Shown piece after piece: positions 60,688-64,000 of a stretch of 64,000 nt of DNA (within the stretch, counting starts at the first letter, position 1; each line of letters opens with the position of its first letter). Origin of the DNA: Anaeromyxobacter sp. (lineage in GTDB: Bacteria; Myxococcota; Myxococcia; Myxococcales; Anaeromyxobacteraceae); the NCBI GenBank assembly GCA_049840735.1, contig JASGJN010000013.1:96001-160000 (forward strand), in the 5' to 3' direction. The translations under genes were made by a program, and so were the position numbers. Under the pieces are notes generated by a model. The model did no database searches. It had not been told where the DNA came from and was given only the letters and a program-made list of their open reading frames with translations.

Positions 60688-61924
60688 ATGGCGGCGGCGT
60701 GGGCAGCGCTCCTTGTGGCCGTGCAGCTCGGGGCCGCGCCGGAGGCGCCCCTCTACTCCGAGGGGGCGCGCATCGCCAACCTCCCGGCCGCGCCGGGCGG
60801 GCAGCTCCCGGACCTGACGCGGCTCGCGCAGGCCGCCATGCCCGCGGTGGTGGGCGTGCTGACGACGCAGCGCACGCCGCCCACCATGGCCGACGACTCG
60901 CTGCGCGACCTCTTCGACAAGCTGCACGACGGGCCGCGCAAGGGCGTGGGCTCGGGCTTCGTGATCCGACCGGGACGGCTGGATCCTCACCAACGCCCAC
61001 GTGGTTGAGGGCGCCGAACAGGTGGAGGTGGACCGCGGCGAGGGCCAGGCCCGCCTGCCGGCGCGCGTGGTGGGCCTCGACTCCGAGTCGGACGTGGCGC
61101 TCCTCAAGGTGGACGCCGGCGCGCCGCTGCCGGTGCTGCCGCTGGGCGACTCGGAGCAGCTGGGCGTCGCCGAGTGGGTGATGGTGATCGGGAACCCGTT
61201 CGGCCTCGACCATTCGGTGACGCTGGGGATCGTGAGCCACACCGGCCGCGCCGACATCTCGCCGGTGGGCCGCCCCGGCACCTACGACTTCGTCCAGACC
61301 GACGCCTCCATCAACCCCGGCAACTCCGGCGGCCCGGTGCTCAACCTGCACGGTGAGGTGGTGGCCATCGCCACCGCCGTCAACGCCACGGGCCAGGGGA
61401 TTGGCTTCGCCATCCCCATCAACATGGCCAAGGAGATCGTCGGCCAGCTCAAGACGCGAGGGAAGGTTATCCGCAGCTGGCTGGGCGTCTCGGTCCGCGA
61501 GCCGGAGCCCGGCCCGGCGGCGACCGCCGCCGGCGTGGAGGTGGTGGAGGTGGCCGACGGCAGCCCGGCCGCGCGTGCCGGCGTCCGGGTGGGTGACATC
61601 ATCACCACCGTCCAGGGCCACGCCATCCACACCCCCTCCCGGCTGCGCTGGTACGTCTCCACCGCCGGCGTGGGGCAGGAGATTGAGCTGCGGCTGCGGC
61701 CCCGGCTCGGCGCCCGGGCTGCGCCCGGCGCGGTGGCGCGGAGGACCTCGGCCCCCTCGCCGGCCTCGACCGGCGCCGGGGCCGGCGGGGTGACCGCGGT
61801 GGGCGCCGCGGGCGCCGCCGAGGAGGCCGCGGCGGCCGGGGAGCGCACCTTGCGGGCGGTGCTGGTGGAGGTGCCCAGCGCCGAGCAGGCCCGCGAGGCG
61901 ACGCGGCCGCTGGTCGGGGAGTGA
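60688..61924 (+). CDS. HtrA/DegP-like trypsin serine protease with PDZ domain; apparent +1 frameshift at ~60967
   Basis: GSGFVI joins (D)RDGWILTNAHVV after removing one C; DVALLK and QTDASINPGNSGGP. Alternative start at 60646. Confidence 0.88.
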
Positions 61925-62034
61925 CGGCCGGGGCGTGGCAGCCCCTCCGCCCTCCCGCGCTGGCGGGAAAACCGGCCTGGGCCCGCGCGCTTGGGGTTGC
62001 TTCCGGCCTCCGGGTCTGGTATCGAGCGCCCTCC

Positions 62035-62320
62035 ATGGCCGAGACCAAGACCAACAAGAAGAAGGCCCCCGCGCCCAAGGGCAACGGGAAGAAGGCCTGC
62101 TCCATCCAGGGCTGCAAGCGCGCGTACCGTGCGAAGGGGCTCTGCTTCTTCCACTACAAGAAGTGGCGCCGCGACGAGATTCGAGGCCAAGCCGGGCCGC
62201 TACGACACGTGCAGCAAGGCCGACTGCAAGAAGAAGGTGGTCGGGCACGGCCTCTGCCAGGAGCACTTCGACGCCTGGAAGAAGTCGCGCAAGAAGAACC
62301 AGGCCGCCGCCGCGGCCTAG
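62035..62320 (+). CDS. Small basic protein with two Cx4C-x9-Cx2H motifs (myxobacterial 'vegetative protein'-like); apparent +1 frameshift at ~62180
   Basis: CSIQGCKRAYRAKGLCFFH and CSKADCKKKVVGHGLCQEH join into one 94-aa Lys-rich ORF if one T is removed from GATTC 62178-62182. Confidence 0.7.
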
Positions 62321-62632
62321 GACCTCCCAGGCTCCGCCAGCCCGGATTTCATCCGGGTGAAACGGTGCGGAGCGGCCGCTCCGGCCGGTGAGGCGCTCGC
62401 GCGCCGGCCGGCCGGATCGGACGGTCCAGGCCCAGCGGCCCCTCCGGAACTCCATCCGGGCGGAATACCCCGAGCCTCCCGGTGCTGCCGGGGGGCTTTT
62501 GGCGTCTCACTCGGCTTGCGTTCACCGTCGAGTGGCTGCGCCCGGAGCTTCGCCTGGCCCGGAGTGGTTTCGTTCACTTCGGCCGGCCGAAGCTGGAGCG
62601 CCAGCCGGTTGCACGCGCCCGGGGGCTCGTGA

Positions 62633-62779
62633 CTGGCTCGTGCCCGGCTGGCCCGTGCCCGGCTGGCCCGTGCCCGGCTGGCTCGTGCCTGGCTGGCTCG
62701 TTCCCGGCTGGCTCGTGCCCGGTGGCTCGTGCCCGGTGGCTCGTGCCCGGTGGCTCGTGCCCGGCTGGCTCGCGCCTGG
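62633..62779. repeat. Tandem repeat, 10 units of 14-15 bp, consensus (C)TGGCTCGTGCCCGG
   Basis: Six 15-mers, three 14-mers and one 15-mer, head to tail with no spacers. Confidence 0.9.
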
Positions 62780-62816
62780 CTGGGTGGGGCTTGGGGAACG
62801 CCGCGGGTCCCGGTCC

Positions 62817-63614
62817 CTAGCCAGCCTGGCCCAGCTGGCGCTCCAGCGCGCGCAGCGCGGCGAGCAACAGCTCCACCTCGCGCTGCGTGGGATCGGCGCG
62901 GGAGAGCAGCCGCCGGAAGTCGGCCAGGATGTGCTCAGGGTTCTGCGGGTTCAGGTACCCGGCGCGCGCCAGCACCGCCTGGGCCCGCGTCCAGAGCGCC
63001 TCCACCGTCGCGTGGCGCGCCGGCTCCGCGGGAGGAGCGCCGGACGGCGCGGCCGCGAGCGGGGCCGCCGCCGGCGCCGGGACGCCCCGGGCCGTCATGG
63101 CCAGCTCGTACGCGACCACCGCCACCGCCTGGGCCAGGTTCATCGAGTCGTAGGCCTGGCCGGTGGGGATGGTGCAGACCGCCTGGCAGAGCTCCAGCTC
63201 CGCGTCGGAGAGGCCCCGGCGCTCCTCCCCGAAGACCACCGCCACCTCCCCCGCCTCGCTGCGGCGGGCCAGCTCGGCGGCCAGCTGACGGGGGTCGAGC
63301 TGGGGCCGCCCCTCCACGGCCCGAGACGTGGTGCCGCAGGTCCAGGTGGCCGTCCCCAGCGCCGCCCGCAGGTCGGGATGGACCTCCAGCTGGTCCAGCA
63401 GGTCGGCGGCCTTCCGCGCCATGCGGCGCGCCCGGGCCAGGACGTCCTCGCGAGCCGTCCCCGGGCCACCGCCGCGCGGCGGACCCGCCCAGGCCTCCGG
63501 CGCCACCACCACCAGCCGCTGGAGGTCGAAGTTCTTCATGACCCGCGCCGCCGCCCCGAGGTTCTCGGCGCTCTGCGGCCGGTGCAGCACCAGCCTGATC
63601 CGACCTGCGTTCAT
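62817..63614 (-). CDS. TrmJ/LasT-family SPOUT RNA methyltransferase
   Basis: [25 protein letters not shown] and SMNLAQAV motifs. Confidence 0.9.
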   Translation of the reverse strand: MNAGRIRLVLHRPQSAENLGAAARVMKNFDLQRLVVVAPEAWAGPPRGGGPGTAREDVLARARRMARKAADLLDQLEVHPDLRAALGTATWTCGTTSRAVEGRPQLDPRQLAAELARRSEAGEVAVVFGEERRGLSDAELELCQAVCTIPTGQAYDSMNLAQAVAVVAYELAMTARGVPAPAAAPLAAAPSGAPPAEPARHATVEALWTRAQAVLARAGYLNPQNPEHILADFRRLLSRADPTQREVELLLAALRALERQLGQAG

Positions 63615-63710
63615 CGACCCTCGCCCGGGGCGGCCCCGCTCCCGCAGGGACGCGCCCCTGCGCTCATCGCGCTGCCCCGTCCTGGCCCCGACCGTATAAC
63701 ATCGCGCGCC

Positions 63711-64000
63711 ATGATCACCGACGACCTGCTCCGCGCCCAGCTCCCCCACACGCTCCGCCAGCTCGACCTCCCCGGCCTGGGCGAGCTGTACCGGGGGAAG
63801 GTGCGCGACAACTACACCCGGGGTGACCGGATCGTGATGGTCACGACCGACCGCGTGTCCGCCTTCGACCACGTCCTGGGGACCATCCCGTTCAAGGGCG
63901 GGATCCTCTCCCGGCTCACCACCTTCTGGTTCGAGAAGGTGAAGGACATCGCCCCCACGCACCTGGTGGCGGTCCCCGACCCCAGCGTCATGGTGGTCAA
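63711..64000 (+). CDS. purC: SAICAR synthetase, 3'-truncated by window end
   Basis: Manual translation MITDDLL...YRGKVRDNY...TDRVSAFD...IPFKG...FWF...PTH. Confidence 0.92.
   Translation, partial: MITDDLLRAQLPHTLRQLDLPGLGELYRGKVRDNYTRGDRIVMVTTDRVSAFDHVLGTIPFKGGILSRLTTFWFEKVKDIAPTHLVAVPDPSVMVV

Noticed and set aside
62633..62779. Tandem repeats (also 21413-21492) as CRISPR arrays
   Set aside because: The units are 8-15 bp, contiguous and spacer-less, and there are no cas genes.
62317..62820. Short ORFs 62317..62577 (-) and 62482..62820 (+)
   Set aside because: No codon bias or motif; the Cys-Pro repeats are just translation of the VNTR.

Overview
A very GC-rich bacterial chromosomal window, Anaeromyxobacter/Myxococcota-like judging by gene content (inference). 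From left to right it holds: the 3' end of a hybrid histidine kinase; a complete cbb3-type cytochrome c oxidase and maturation operon on the minus strand with an atypical CcoO/CcoP arrangement; a molybdopterin oxidoreductase; and an elb-like ether-lipid cluster (SDR, HAD, LarA/DUF2088-like, ElbD-like FAR-A-T-AT multienzyme, SDR). Next comes a small accessory patch around tRNA-Cys (Zn-finger ORF, two lone receivers, a FliK-C-like ORF, an HNH endonuclease). The remainder is mostly housekeeping and signalling genes (argJ, thyX, sppA, rho, uvrA, cutA, rseP-like, gph, htrA-like, trmJ-like, partial purC). Most long ORFs in the supplied track are GC-driven shadow frames. Two window-wide patterns stand out: all seven apparent frameshifts are +1 insertions in or beside a GATC, probably a sequencing footprint of DNA modification, and many genes look leaderless. 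No CRISPR array, transposase or prophage was seen. Product calls come from motif recognition only; no searches were run.
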